Assembly (NCBI GenBank): GCA_964459845.1
Contig: CAYWOC010000005.1
Span: 23,389-87,388 of the forward strand
Direction of reading: 5' to 3'
DNA length: 64,000 bases
From: an uncultured Muribaculaceae bacterium
Lineage (GTDB): Bacteria > Bacteroidota > Bacteroidia > Bacteroidales > Muribaculaceae
The notes beneath the pieces were generated by a model. That model did not search any database. It was not told the DNA's origin and saw only the letters and a program-made list of their open reading frames with translations. The translations under genes and the position numbers were made by a program. Positions 10,293 to 20,213 of this stretch are shown piece by piece. Position 1 is the first letter of the stretch. Every line of letters begins with the position of its first letter.

Positions 10293-11153
10293 ATGGCAAA
10301 AGATGTAGATCTTTCATCAAAAGAATGGTGTGACATAGTTTTTGATCAAAAGAACAAGGACTTCGGTGCGTATGTAATGCGTAAGAAGTCAGACGCACGC
10401 CACAATAAGTCGATGATCGTTGTTGTAATCTTCATAATTATCGTCTTCATCCTCTCATTGGTAGTTCAAACTATCCAGCAAAAACTTGCTGAGGCTAAGC
10501 CAGAGGATCAAATCGAGCAAATCGTTACCAATGTGGATAACGCTGCCGAGGAAGAAGAGCAAGAAGAAGAACAAGAACGTGTTGAGCAACCGGAGCCTGA
10601 GGCTCTTCCTGAAGAAATCCTTAATACCGTAAAGGTTACTGAGCTTCTTATCGCAAAAGATGAGGAAGTGAAGAAAGAGGATGAAATCATGTCGCAGGAT
10701 GAGCAGAAGGAAACTCAGACAGCATTCGGTCAAACTAACTTCGACAAAGGTACTGACGACCGTAACGTAGTTCGTGAACACAAGAACGAAGTTATCGTAG
10801 AAGAGAAGAAGCCGGAACCTGTTAAGGAACAAGTGTTCACTGCCGTTGAGCAGATGCCACGTTTCCCTGGAGGTGAGGCAGCTCTTATGAAGTATCTTTC
10901 TACTCACATCAACTATCCTACAATGGCGATGGAGAACGGCGTTCAAGGACGTGTAGTAGTTCAATTCGTCGTTACTAAGACTGGTAAGATTGGTGAGGTT
11001 AAGGTGGTTCGTTCGGTTGATCGTGACCTTGATAAGGAAGCAGTTCGCGTATGTAAGACTCTTCCTGACTTCATTCCTGGTAAGATGAACGGACAGGCAG
11101 TAAGTGTTTGGTACACTCTTCCTGTATCATTCAAGCTTCAAGGCGTGAACTAA
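10293..11153 (+). CDS. tonB: TonB family energy transducer
   Basis: It has an N-terminal TM anchor, a Glu-rich linker (AEEEEQEEEQERVEQPEPE) and a C-terminal TonB domain (PRFPGGEAALMKYL...GRVVVQFVVTKTGKIGEVKVVRS...NGQAVSVWYTLPVSF). Confidence 0.85.
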   Translation: MAKDVDLSSKEWCDIVFDQKNKDFGAYVMRKKSDARHNKSMIVVVIFIIIVFILSLVVQTIQQKLAEAKPEDQIEQIVTNVDNAAEEEEQEEEQERVEQPEPEALPEEILNTVKVTELLIAKDEEVKKEDEIMSQDEQKETQTAFGQTNFDKGTDDRNVVREHKNEVIVEEKKPEPVKEQVFTAVEQMPRFPGGEAALMKYLSTHINYPTMAMENGVQGRVVVQFVVTKTGKIGEVKVVRSVDRDLDKEAVRVCKTLPDFIPGKMNGQAVSVWYTLPVSFKLQGVN

Positions 11154-11182
11154 TTAATGACATTGACATCATTAATATATTG

Positions 11183-11218
11183 GTGCCGCATCCCGCAAGG
11201 GGTGCGGCATCTTTTTTT
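11183..11218 (+). terminator. Rho-independent terminator after tonB
   Basis: The hairpin is tgccgcatccc-gcaa-ggggtgcggca (11 bp including one G-U pair, GCAA tetraloop). A run of seven T follows it. Confidence 0.7.
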
Positions 11219-11573
11219 GCGTCGGGGCGGTGTCGTGACGGCAGATTTATTCTTTGATGTCCGCAGTCTGCTGTCGGATACATTGTGAAATGGTGGCGGT
11301 TATAAATCTAATGATATGGATTGTATTTTGTAGGCTATGTTGTGCAATATGTGCTATGTAATGTCGAAATGCGGTGAAATACCTATGTGATGCCGTGAAT
11401 TTAAGTTAAGAATTTTTAATTGCTTAAATCTATAGTTCATTATTACCTCTTTTTTTATAACTTTACACAGAATTGCATTGAAGTGTGACAATCGTTAAGC
11501 ACTGATAACTAATTAACCTGATTTGGTTAAACCTATGGCAATGAAAATTGTCTAAACTGTAAAATAGAATAAC

Positions 11574-11843
11574 ATGACAGATAATAATAAAGATATAGAA
11601 AAAATGCCGCAGAATGATGCCACAGGGCAAAGGCGTTCGGCTTCAGCCGACACTCCGGCAGTGATGAAAAAAGTGTTTGGGGTGTTTATGGTTTTGATTT
11701 ACTTCGGTATGGGAGGATTGACCATAGGAGGCTTCTTCGACATTCTGTTTGGCTCATGGCACTGGATGAAGTGGGCGCTTGGGTTGCTTTTCATCGTGTA
11801 TGGCTTGTGGAGAGCCTACAGATACTATAAAGGCAGAGATTGA
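11574..11843 (+). CDS. Small hypothetical membrane protein (two predicted TM helices)
   Basis: The 89-aa ORF has two hydrophobic stretches (VFGVFMVLIYFGMGGLTIGGFF and WALGLLFIVYGLW). It lies 55 nt upstream of the PstS-like gene on the same strand. I recognise no family. Confidence 0.45.
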   Translation: MTDNNKDIEKMPQNDATGQRRSASADTPAVMKKVFGVFMVLIYFGMGGLTIGGFFDILFGSWHWMKWALGLLFIVYGLWRAYRYYKGRD

Positions 11844-11897
11844 GCAAAATACGAATATCTACTTGACGTTTCTATTAATTAATGGGAGAAAAAGGTT

Positions 11898-12887
11898 ATG
11901 AAAAATAGATTTTTAATATCGTCAATGGCGATGCTTTCGCTTGCGGTGGGGATTTCATCATCTTCATGCGACCGCCATAAGCCCACTGACTCAAGCACGT
12001 CGGGGATTACTACTCTCGTTTGTGATGAGAGCTTCAAGAATATAATCAATCAAGAGGTTGATGTATTTGAGTTCACTTATCCCAATGCAAGCATAATGAC
12101 CTATTTCACAGATGAGCGTGCTGCCATTGACTCGCTTATGAGTCGAAAGGCTGGACTTATAATCACAGCTCGCGAATTGACTGATAAGCAGAAAAAGTAT
12201 TTTAAGGATCAGGACCGCAACGTGCGTTGCCAGCGAGTGGCAGTAGATGCCATAGCCATCATCGTGAACAAGGATAACAATGTCGATGAACTGTCGGTGA
12301 GCGAGCTGCGCGAGATAATGTCGGGCGAGGCGAGCAGATGGGAGGACGTGTTCCCGTCGAAGCTCGGGAAGATACAGGTGATTTTCGACCGTCAAGGTTC
12401 AAGCACTATGAAATATATAGCAGATTCGGTTATGCATGGCAAGAAATTCTCGCAAGATGTGTTTGCCTGCAACAGTAATCAGGAGGTGTTTGAGCAAGTG
12501 GAGAAGCGCAAGAACTCGATAGGCGTGATAGGTGTGAGCTGGATTACCGCCGATTTGCAAAGTCCCGACATCGACCACCGCTCTATGCAGGAAAAGGTGG
12601 ACAATCTGCAGAAGAACGACACGGCAGCCATTGATTTCACCAACCGCATCAAGGTGCTGAAGATTCGCCGCGACAATGACCCGAATGCGTATAAGCCATA
12701 TCAGCTATATATATATGAGGGCAGCTATCCGCTTTATCGCAGCGTGTATGCCATCACCACCAGCCCTAATGGCAGCTTGGCTCATGGCTTCTATTCGTTC
12801 TTGACTGGGTTTATCGGGCAGAAGATAATATTGAACACAGGCGTTATGCCGGCCACTGTTCATCCTCGCATGGTGAGCCTTGAATAA
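11898..12887 (+). CDS. PstS-family (phosphate-binding-protein-like) periplasmic or lipoprotein-type substrate-binding protein, orphan (no pstCAB nearby)
   Basis: It has a signal or lipoprotein-type N-terminus (LAVGISSSSC). Blocks such as ITARELTDKQ, AVDAIAIIVNKDN, IGVIGVSW and YPLYRSVY resemble the PBP_like_2/PstS family. Placement after exbBD-tonB is, as far as I recall, recurrent in Bacteroidota. Confidence 0.65.
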   Translation: MKNRFLISSMAMLSLAVGISSSSCDRHKPTDSSTSGITTLVCDESFKNIINQEVDVFEFTYPNASIMTYFTDERAAIDSLMSRKAGLIITARELTDKQKKYFKDQDRNVRCQRVAVDAIAIIVNKDNNVDELSVSELREIMSGEASRWEDVFPSKLGKIQVIFDRQGSSTMKYIADSVMHGKKFSQDVFACNSNQEVFEQVEKRKNSIGVIGVSWITADLQSPDIDHRSMQEKVDNLQKNDTAAIDFTNRIKVLKIRRDNDPNAYKPYQLYIYEGSYPLYRSVYAITTSPNGSLAHGFYSFLTGFIGQKIILNTGVMPATVHPRMVSLE

Positions 12888-12985
12888 AGAAAAACTTTGT
12901 GAGCAGGTGCAGCAAAAATATGAATATCAAACTACTGAGAAATATATATTTTTAGGAAAAAACAAATTAAAATAAAATTACAGAA

Positions 12986-14629
12986 ATGAAATCTAAATTA
13001 TTCTTGTCGCTACTATTATGCGGCTCAATGACTTGCTTTGCGCAAGGTTACAAAGACGGTATTGAGTATTACAAGGTGTCGCAGTATGATAACGCAAAAG
13101 AACTGCTTGAGCGCAACTTGAACAACTCAGCAACAAATAAGTCGGAAGCATACTACTACCTCGGAAGTGTGGCACTTGAACAAGGCAACACTGCTGCCGC
13201 AAAGGACTATTTCACAAAGGGAACAGCCGATGCTGGCAAGTGTGCACTCAATTATGTGGGTCTCGGTCTTCTTGACCTTAAGGCTGGTGACGCTAAAGCT
13301 GCTGAAAAGAATTTCGACATTGCGGTGAACAACTCGCCTAAGAAAGACGCAAAAATTCTTGTAGCCATCGCTCGTGCATATTATGAGGTTGACCCTGTGA
13401 AATATGCAAAAGAGATAGAAAAGAACGTGAAGAAGGCCCGCAAGAACAATGCCCGCGAATCAGATACTCCAATCTTTGAAGGAGATGTCGCAGCTAAGGA
13501 AAACCGTGTCGGTGATGCTCAGGGTCTGTATGACGAGGCTATCAGCTATAATCCTAAGGACAGTGAGGCGTATGTGAAATATGCGCGCGCACTCTTCAAA
13601 GTGCAAAGGGAGAATGCGATCCAGCGTCTTGAGGAACTCTTGAAAGAGAATCCTACTTCGGCACTTGCTCAACGTGAGCTTGCCGAGAAATATTATGAGG
13701 ACGACCAGTGGGCAAAGGCTGCCGACCAGTATGGCGAATATATCAAGAATCCTAACCACTTCAAGCAAGATGAGGTGCGCTATGCGAGTCTTCTGTTCTT
13801 CGGCAAGAAATATCAGGAGTCACTTGACCTTGCACGCCGCATAGCTTCTACGCTTCCTGCCGGCGACAAGAACAGCTTCTATATGAAGCGTCTTGAACTC
13901 TATAACCTCGTGGCTATGGAAGACTGGGAAGGCGCAAAGGCTGCCGCTGCCGAGCTGTTTGCAATGCGCGTGCCTGATGGCGCAAAATATGAGGTTAAGG
14001 ACTACACCGACTATGCCGATGCACTAAGCAAGCTGAAACTCGCAAAAGAAGCACTTGCTGAGCGCGCTAAGGCTTATCAAGCTAACCCCGACAAAGTTGA
14101 GCTGCTTAAAGACCTCAGCGACGGTTATGCTGATGCCGACGACTATATGAATTCTGCTAAATATTATCAAATGTTTGTGGATAAGGGCAGCTATAAGACC
14201 AATGACCTTTTCGTCCTTGCAAAGAAATATTTCTATGTGGCTGCTTACTGCGACTCTATCCCCGGAGCAAAGGCTGAGGCTGTGGAGAAAGCTTTGAAAT
14301 ATGTCGATGAAGTGAACGCTAAGATTGGTGATAACGCGCGTATGAAGATTCTTGTGAATATGCAGAAGGCTAAAATTCTTCAAATCTCTGAGACCGACAA
14401 GAAACAAGGCCGTGCTGTAGATGCTTACAAGGAAGCCCTTACATATCTTGACCAAGACCCGGCAAACAAGACTGAGCGCAAAGACGACTACATTCTGGCA
14501 TATCAGTATCTTGCAAACTATAGCTTCGCTATCGGCAACAAAACTGATATGAAGGAATACTACATTAAGTGGCTTGATGTGGATCCGGATAACACCGCAC
14601 TCCGCAAATATGTAGAAGGATTAAAATAA
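12986..14629 (+). CDS. Tetratricopeptide-repeat (TPR) protein with signal peptide
   Basis: The N-terminus is a signal peptide. Repeated A/Y/L-patterned 34-aa TPR-like units run throughout, for example YYYLGSVALEQGNTAAAKDYFTKG and AYVKYARALF. Confidence 0.75.
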   Translation: MKSKLFLSLLLCGSMTCFAQGYKDGIEYYKVSQYDNAKELLERNLNNSATNKSEAYYYLGSVALEQGNTAAAKDYFTKGTADAGKCALNYVGLGLLDLKAGDAKAAEKNFDIAVNNSPKKDAKILVAIARAYYEVDPVKYAKEIEKNVKKARKNNARESDTPIFEGDVAAKENRVGDAQGLYDEAISYNPKDSEAYVKYARALFKVQRENAIQRLEELLKENPTSALAQRELAEKYYEDDQWAKAADQYGEYIKNPNHFKQDEVRYASLLFFGKKYQESLDLARRIASTLPAGDKNSFYMKRLELYNLVAMEDWEGAKAAAAELFAMRVPDGAKYEVKDYTDYADALSKLKLAKEALAERAKAYQANPDKVELLKDLSDGYADADDYMNSAKYYQMFVDKGSYKTNDLFVLAKKYFYVAAYCDSIPGAKAEAVEKALKYVDEVNAKIGDNARMKILVNMQKAKILQISETDKKQGRAVDAYKEALTYLDQDPANKTERKDDYILAYQYLANYSFAIGNKTDMKEYYIKWLDVDPDNTALRKYVEGLK

Positions 14630-14674
14630 TAGATGAAACATTTTTTTGAGTTTTAGTACGATAATAAACAGTGC

Positions 14675-14711
14675 GAGTCTGAGTCCCGGTGATGGGATTC
14701 AGACTTTTTTG
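14675..14711 (+). terminator. Rho-independent terminator after the TPR gene
   Basis: The hairpin is gagtctgagtccc / gggattcagact with one G-U pair. tttttt follows it. Confidence 0.65.
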
Positions 14712-14942
14712 CATAAAGCACATTTTGTGGCATAATTGGGTTAAAAATTGTGTATTTATCGATTGTAAATCTTATAATCCGCCTATTATTGCTAACTTTG
14801 CGTGATAAACCAAAATCTGGAATACCGATTTTGGCCTAAATTCAAATTGCGGTTTGGCGGTGAAAGCGTTTCGGATTGCCTGATTTGGTGAAGATGAAAA
14901 AAGAAAAAGGAGAAGAAATAACTTATATTATATATTTAAGAT

Positions 14943-17162
14943 ATGAAGAAAAGATTTTTTAGTGTTCTTATGCTGCTTGCAGGAGTCGCATCGTCGATGA
15001 TGGCTCAAAGCAAACTGTCGGCATATTCAAGAATGTATCTGAATCATCACAAGACAATGCCAGCAGTGGAGCAGACTGCGGAAAACATGGATGCTAAGGT
15101 GGGTACGCGATTCCCGAAGGCGGTGGCTGTTGATGGAAAGGAGACTGTACTCACAATCATCACACTTGAAAATGCTGCCGAAATTCCAGTATTGCCTGCC
15201 GATGCAACTGTTGAGACACAGATAGGACGACTTCTCATAGTGAGAGTGCCAATAGATGAGATTGAGACGATGGCAGAGGCTGAAGGCATCAAGCGTGTGT
15301 CGATAGAGCAACCTGTGCAATTAAAGAATAAGGTAGGGCGTACAGCCACATTGCAAGAAAAGGTGAACGAGGCTACCGATGCTGCCGGCGACGCTCTTAA
15401 AGGCAAAGGTGTGGTAGTGGGCATCATAGATACTGGCATAGATTATAACCATATCAACTTCAAGGATGCTGACGGAAATTCACGAGTGAAATATGTGCTC
15501 AATGGAAGCTCTATGAAAGAATTCAAGACTGAAAGCCAAATAGCGTCATTGACGACCGACAACACCACTGAAGACCACGGCTCGCACGTCACTGGAACCG
15601 CTGCCGGAAGCTACTCGGCAAACGGACTCCAAGGTATGGCTCCCGAGGCAGATCTCGCGCTTTGCGGATTGAACAATTCTTTCTCGGATGCAAATATGCT
15701 TATCTGCGTGAAGAAGATATTCGACTATGCCGCAAGTGTAGGCAAGCCTGCTGTAATCAACATGAGCCTTGGTGGCAACAATGGACCTCATGACGGAAGT
15801 GATGAGATTTGTGAGGGAATAAGCACACTTGTCAAGGAGGGTGCTATAGTGGTTATGGCTGCCGGCAATGAAGGCGGAACACAATTATATCTCAACAAGA
15901 AGTTCACAGCGACCGACGGCTCGGTGTCGTCACTCCTTGCTTCATCGTCGAGCGAAGCGGCTGGGAACACTTACGATTCTACCATTCAGGCATATACTTT
16001 CGACGGCAAATTCCTTGCAGTCCAATTTTTCGTGTATGATAATGTGAACCAAAAGGTGCTTTTCACATCCGATAAGATTGAGTTCTCTAAGGCCGAAGAG
16101 TATTGGTCGCTGAGCAATAATACTGCCGCTTATTCGAATTTCAGCCAATATTACAGATCTTATGGAGGCTATTCTCCTAATATCGAGGTGGCAACCGACA
16201 AGTTGGGCAACACTGCTGGCCTTCAGATAATGCTTACTGGACAAACAAGAAAATCGGGATATTATTATATCGGCGTGACATTCTTCGGCGCAGACGGGCA
16301 GGAGATACATGCTTGGGGTGCCGACGGCTATGCTGAGTTCCGCCATGGCAACAATCCCGACTGTGTGAGCGGTACTGATGCCGGTTCTATCAACAATATG
16401 GCTTGTACGCCAAGTGTGATAAGCGTGGGCGCATGGACTGCATCAAACTCGTTCACAAACATCAATGGAACTGTGATGCGATTCGGTGAGAGTGATTATC
16501 CTCTAAATAAAATCACCTATTTCTCAAGCTATGGTGTGGATATGAACGGAATGGCGCATCCCGATATATGCGCTCCAGGTCTTGGCGTGCTTTCGTCGCT
16601 TAATTCATATTATCGCTATGGACACAACACCAGCAGCTTGGTGAGCAGAACCACATCAGGCTCGAGAACTTACGAGTGGGGTCCTGAGAGCGGAACTTCG
16701 ATGGCTACTCCGGCTGTTACAGGTATTGTGGCTACATGGTTGCAGTATAAGCCGACGCTCACCACAGCCGAAGTGCGCAGCATCCTGCAAAAGACTGGTG
16801 TGAAGGATTCTTATGTGTTGGCTGGCGACCCTGTTCAATGGGGCTCTGGAAAGATTGACGCTTATGCCGGACTTCAGGAAATCATATCTGGTGGTGTGAA
16901 CGATGCGGAAGTGAGCCAGAACAATGTGCTTGTGTATCCTAATCCTAATGGCGGACAATTCAAGGTGTTCACTCAAGGTGAGGACAACGGAGCTACTTTG
17001 AACGTTTACAACGTGGCTGGAACACTCGTTTATTCATCGCGCATCAATGCTTCGCAAGAAGCTGCCGACATCAACCTTGCAGGAACACTTGCTTCTGGCG
17101 TTTATGTCGTGACTGTGACGGGTGATAAGGTGAACTACAGCACTCGAATGATTATCAAGTAA
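14943..17162 (+). CDS. S8 family (subtilisin-like) serine peptidase with C-terminal T9SS sorting domain
   Basis: The catalytic triad motifs are present: VGIIDTGIDYNH (Asp), HGSHVTGTAAG (His) and SGTSMATPAVTG (Ser). It has a signal peptide. The C-terminal ~80 aa (VLVYPNPNGGQFKV...VYNVAGTLVY...SGVYVVTVTGDKVNYSTRMIIK) match the type A T9SS CTD pattern. Confidence 0.9.
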   Translation: MKKRFFSVLMLLAGVASSMMAQSKLSAYSRMYLNHHKTMPAVEQTAENMDAKVGTRFPKAVAVDGKETVLTIITLENAAEIPVLPADATVETQIGRLLIVRVPIDEIETMAEAEGIKRVSIEQPVQLKNKVGRTATLQEKVNEATDAAGDALKGKGVVVGIIDTGIDYNHINFKDADGNSRVKYVLNGSSMKEFKTESQIASLTTDNTTEDHGSHVTGTAAGSYSANGLQGMAPEADLALCGLNNSFSDANMLICVKKIFDYAASVGKPAVINMSLGGNNGPHDGSDEICEGISTLVKEGAIVVMAAGNEGGTQLYLNKKFTATDGSVSSLLASSSSEAAGNTYDSTIQAYTFDGKFLAVQFFVYDNVNQKVLFTSDKIEFSKAEEYWSLSNNTAAYSNFSQYYRSYGGYSPNIEVATDKLGNTAGLQIMLTGQTRKSGYYYIGVTFFGADGQEIHAWGADGYAEFRHGNNPDCVSGTDAGSINNMACTPSVISVGAWTASNSFTNINGTVMRFGESDYPLNKITYFSSYGVDMNGMAHPDICAPGLGVLSSLNSYYRYGHNTSSLVSRTTSGSRTYEWGPESGTSMATPAVTGIVATWLQYKPTLTTAEVRSILQKTGVKDSYVLAGDPVQWGSGKIDAYAGLQEIISGGVNDAEVSQNNVLVYPNPNGGQFKVFTQGEDNGATLNVYNVAGTLVYSSRINASQEAADINLAGTLASGVYVVTVTGDKVNYSTRMIIK

Positions 17163-17214
17163 TATTTGGCTGATTTAAAATAGCACTCGGATATCTATAG
17201 ATATTCTATTATAC

Positions 17215-17268
17215 ATCGAAGGCTGTCGCATAATGTGTGTGAAAACTCATGCGGCAGCCTTCGATTTT
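17215..17268. terminator. Bidirectional terminator between the S8 peptidase gene and rmuC
   Basis: The 17-bp stem is atcgaaggctgtcgcat / atgcggcagccttcgat with one G-U pair. tttt follows it. The flanking genes are convergent. Confidence 0.65.
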
Positions 17269-17313
17269 ATTTTACCGGATTTTGTCGGTCTAAAAATACC
17301 GACGAAGCAGAGA

Positions 17314-18630
17314 CTATTCCTCGGCGTTGGGCAGTTGCTTTGTGGCTTTTGCTCCGAGCTTTTTAAGCGACTCGATGCTGTTGAGGATATTGCCACGCCC
17401 TTCACTGAGCTTGTTCATAGCTTTGCCGTAGGCATCGGAAGCGTTGTTGATGGCCTTGTTGATATTCTCCATATCGCTGACAAATCCCACAAACTTGTCG
17501 TATAAGCGACCAGCCGATGTGGCGATCTCTATAGCGTTCTTCGTCTGCTTGTCGTGGCTCCACAACTGCGACACAAGTTTAAGTACCGAAATAAGGTGCG
17601 TAGGGCTGATGATAACGATGCGTTTTTTGTAGGCATCTTCCCAAAGTTTCTGGTCGTTCTGCATAGCAGTGAGGTAAGCACCTTCGTTGGGGATGAACAT
17701 CATCACGAAGTCGCCGGCATTTTTTATATGGTCTTGGTAGCCTTTCTTGGCAAGCTCATCCACATGTTTCCGCACAGAAGCTATATGGGCTGCGAGCGAC
17801 TTGTCTTGCTTGTCTTTGTCGTCGGCATTCACATAATCCACATAGTTGGTGATCGATACTTTAGAGTCGATAATAAGGTCTTTGTTGTCGGGGAAATGAA
17901 CAACGACATCGGGACGCAGGCGACCGCCTTCTTCATTGGCTATTGTGTTGCCGTTTTCGTCTTTCGTCATCTGAATGTCGAATTGCTCGCCTTTAGTCAG
18001 GCCCGAAGCCGAAAGGATCTGCTCAAGAATCATCTCGCCCCAGTCGCCTTGAACTTTAGAGTTGCCTTTCAAGGCTTTTGCCAAGTTGTTGGCATCGGAG
18101 CTTACCCGCTGATTCAGCTCGGCAAGCATTTTGATTTGTTCTTGCAGAGAAGCGTGGTTGCGGGTGTCCTTTTCGGCGCGTTCGTTGATGTCGCGGTTGA
18201 GGCGTTCAATCTCCTCGCGGAGCGGCTTAAGGATTTCATTCAGGCGGTTGTCGCTTTTTTGCGTCTTGTCTTCGAGAATGCGCGATGCCAAATCCTTGAA
18301 TTGCGCCTCCGATTCACGCTGCATACGCTCTTTCTCGTTGCTCAGGATGCTGAGCCTTTCACTCAGTCGGGAGTTTTCGGCAGTCAGCTCCACAATCTGT
18401 CCGTTCATGTCTTTGGCTCGCTGTTCAGCGTCGTGGCGCAGACGCTCGCATTCGGCGGTCGTTGCCGCGATGTTCTCTTTGAGACGTGTGTGCTCGGCAG
18501 TTGAGCTTATGAGTTTGTCGTTAAGCTCTCGTATTTCGTTGCGTTGCGAGCCTGAGCTGCGCAGGATGAAAACTACCGTAGCAGCAAGCAGCAGCGTTAT
18601 AGCCGACAGGATGTAAATAGTGATAATCAT
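17314..18630 (-). CDS. rmuC: DNA recombination protein RmuC
   Basis: It has an N-terminal TM helix and a long coiled-coil. The C-terminal half is RmuC nuclease-like (RPDVVVHFPDNKDLIIDSKVS..., FVMMFIPNEGAY). Confidence 0.9.
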   Translation of the reverse strand: MIITIYILSAITLLLAATVVFILRSSGSQRNEIRELNDKLISSTAEHTRLKENIAATTAECERLRHDAEQRAKDMNGQIVELTAENSRLSERLSILSNEKERMQRESEAQFKDLASRILEDKTQKSDNRLNEILKPLREEIERLNRDINERAEKDTRNHASLQEQIKMLAELNQRVSSDANNLAKALKGNSKVQGDWGEMILEQILSASGLTKGEQFDIQMTKDENGNTIANEEGGRLRPDVVVHFPDNKDLIIDSKVSITNYVDYVNADDKDKQDKSLAAHIASVRKHVDELAKKGYQDHIKNAGDFVMMFIPNEGAYLTAMQNDQKLWEDAYKKRIVIISPTHLISVLKLVSQLWSHDKQTKNAIEIATSAGRLYDKFVGFVSDMENINKAINNASDAYGKAMNKLSEGRGNILNSIESLKKLGAKATKQLPNAEE

Positions 18631-18757
18631 TATATAGCTTTTTTATTTTGCTGCAAAATAAATACTTTTATGAGAAAAAATGTTGCACAGGCGGTGAAAA
18701 AGTTCAAAATATTGGCTATCTTTATTCAAAAATTGGAAAAATTAGGAATAACGTAAT

Positions 18758-19204
18758 ATGGCAAAACTGAAAATATCGAAAGAGTGGTGGACTGCTCCAG
18801 CGGAAGGTGAGAATGGCGAGCTGATACTTGTGACTGGCAGACGCGACATTGAGAATGTGATAGAGACCGGATTGTTCAACGACAGGGCTGAAGTGACGTG
18901 GAAATATGAGCCTGATAAGAACGGGATGCCCGACTACAAGACATCCTCGCTGATGGAGGAGGTGCAGGATGCGCTTGAGGATGCTTTTGACAAAGACCCT
19001 GTGGCAGTGCTTACAGGCGTTTATACCGGAGTGGGCGAGCGCAACTGGATATTCTACACACGCAGCGTGAACATATTCGGAAAGAAGCTTAACGAGGCTC
19101 TTGCGCCGTTTGATCTATTGCCTATAAGCATATATGTGGAGAAAGATGCCGAATGGAATGAATATCGTGAGATGCAGCTAAATGAAGTGGCTGCCGACGA
19201 TTGA
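18758..19204 (+). CDS. DUF695-like protein
   Basis: The 148-aa sequence pattern (EVTWKYEPDKNGMPD...LEDAF...LTGVYTGVGERNWIFYT) resembles DUF695 family members. The call is from memory. Confidence 0.55.
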   Translation: MAKLKISKEWWTAPAEGENGELILVTGRRDIENVIETGLFNDRAEVTWKYEPDKNGMPDYKTSSLMEEVQDALEDAFDKDPVAVLTGVYTGVGERNWIFYTRSVNIFGKKLNEALAPFDLLPISIYVEKDAEWNEYREMQLNEVAADD

Positions 19205-19264
19205 AAAGAATATGTTGTTGCCAAGAACCGTATGAAACTCGGATAGAATTGTCGCAATAAAAAA

Positions 19265-19298
19265 CCAGCTTCACCGTGTGTGGTGGGCTGGCTTTTTT
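19265..19298. terminator. Bidirectional terminator-like hairpin between the DUF695-like gene and fabG
   Basis: The hairpin is ccagc-tt-cacc / ggtg-g-gctgg with a small bulge. It is flanked by aaaaa upstream and tttttt downstream. Confidence 0.5.
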
Positions 19299-19325
19299 GT
19301 TATAATTACGACGTTATGGTCGAGA

Positions 19326-20084
19326 TTACATATTCATGCCACCGTCGATTTGGATAACTTGACCAGATACATAGCTCGACATGTCTGACGCAAGGAACAG
19401 ACATACGTTTGCGATGTCTTCCACTTGACCTCCGCGACGAAGAGGAATTTTCTTCATCCAGTCTTTGCGGATTTCCTCAGGAAGCTGAGCGGTCATCACA
19501 GTCTCGATGAAGCCTGGAGCTACTGCATTGGCGCGCACGCCTTTTGGTCCAAGCTCTTGAGCGATAGACTTAGCAAGACCTATCATACCGGCTTTTGATG
19601 CCGAATAGTTGCATTGACCTGCATTGCCGTGAACACCTACCACCGATGACATATTGATGATAGAACCGCCGCGCTGGCGTAGCATTATAGGTGCGCAAGC
19701 GTGGATGAAGTTGAATGCCGACTTCAAGTTCACGTTCAATACAGCATCCCATTGAGCCTCAGTCATGCGTAGCATAAGTCCGTCTTTGGTTATTCCGGCA
19801 TTGTTCACGAGAACGTCGATAGAGCCGAAATCTTCATGTATTTTTTTTACGACAGCTTCAGTCTCCTCGAAACTTGCAGCGTTGCCGGCATAAGCGCGGC
19901 AAGTCACGCCGATAGCTTCAATCTCTTTGCGTGTAGCTTCAAGACCGGCAGCCATTTCATCGTTAAGCACGAGGTCGGTGAATGCAATGTTTGCACCTTC
20001 TTGTGCAAACTTGATAGCGACAGCCTTTCCGATGCCGCGTGCAGCACCTGTGATAAGTGCAACTTTTCCTTCAAGTAATTTCAT
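19326..20084 (-). CDS. fabG: 3-oxoacyl-[ACP] reductase (SDR family)
   Basis: It has the TGAARGIGKA Rossmann motif and the NNAG motif. The catalytic YSASKAG motif (YxxxK) is present. The overall FabG-like length is 252 aa. Confidence 0.85.
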   Translation of the reverse strand: MKLLEGKVALITGAARGIGKAVAIKFAQEGANIAFTDLVLNDEMAAGLEATRKEIEAIGVTCRAYAGNAASFEETEAVVKKIHEDFGSIDVLVNNAGITKDGLMLRMTEAQWDAVLNVNLKSAFNFIHACAPIMLRQRGGSIINMSSVVGVHGNAGQCNYSASKAGMIGLAKSIAQELGPKGVRANAVAPGFIETVMTAQLPEEIRKDWMKKIPLRRGGQVEDIANVCLFLASDMSSYVSGQVIQIDGGMNM

Positions 20085-20213
20085 TTTCTTTCAGTATAAA
20101 ATTATATTGTAATTCAAATATCATGCTTCTCTATTCCGCATGGCATTGCTGCCATAGGTGGATATAGTGAAGTAGGTGTCATTGTGATAATTCTTATGTC
20201 CTGTTTCTGCCAG

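Noticed and set aside
10532-10540. A perfect DnaA-box 9-mer TGTGGATAA (a second one lies at 14176..14184)
   Set aside because: Both are single isolated occurrences inside coding sequence (tonB and the TPR gene), far from dnaA and not clustered. They are best explained by chance.
14810-14890. An 8-bp hairpin (ccaaaatc / gattttgg) and three loosely spaced GATTT(T)GG / GGTTTGG direct repeats in the S8 peptidase upstream region
   Set aside because: The repeats are short, degenerate and irregularly spaced. They cannot be distinguished from chance without comparative data.
17554-18504. A 316-aa ORF on the plus strand, fully antisense to rmuC
   Set aside because: It is entirely embedded opposite a gene with strong family signatures. 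The translation is low-complexity (V/F/L/H-rich) with no recognisable motif and no promoter-like element. This is a typical shadow ORF.
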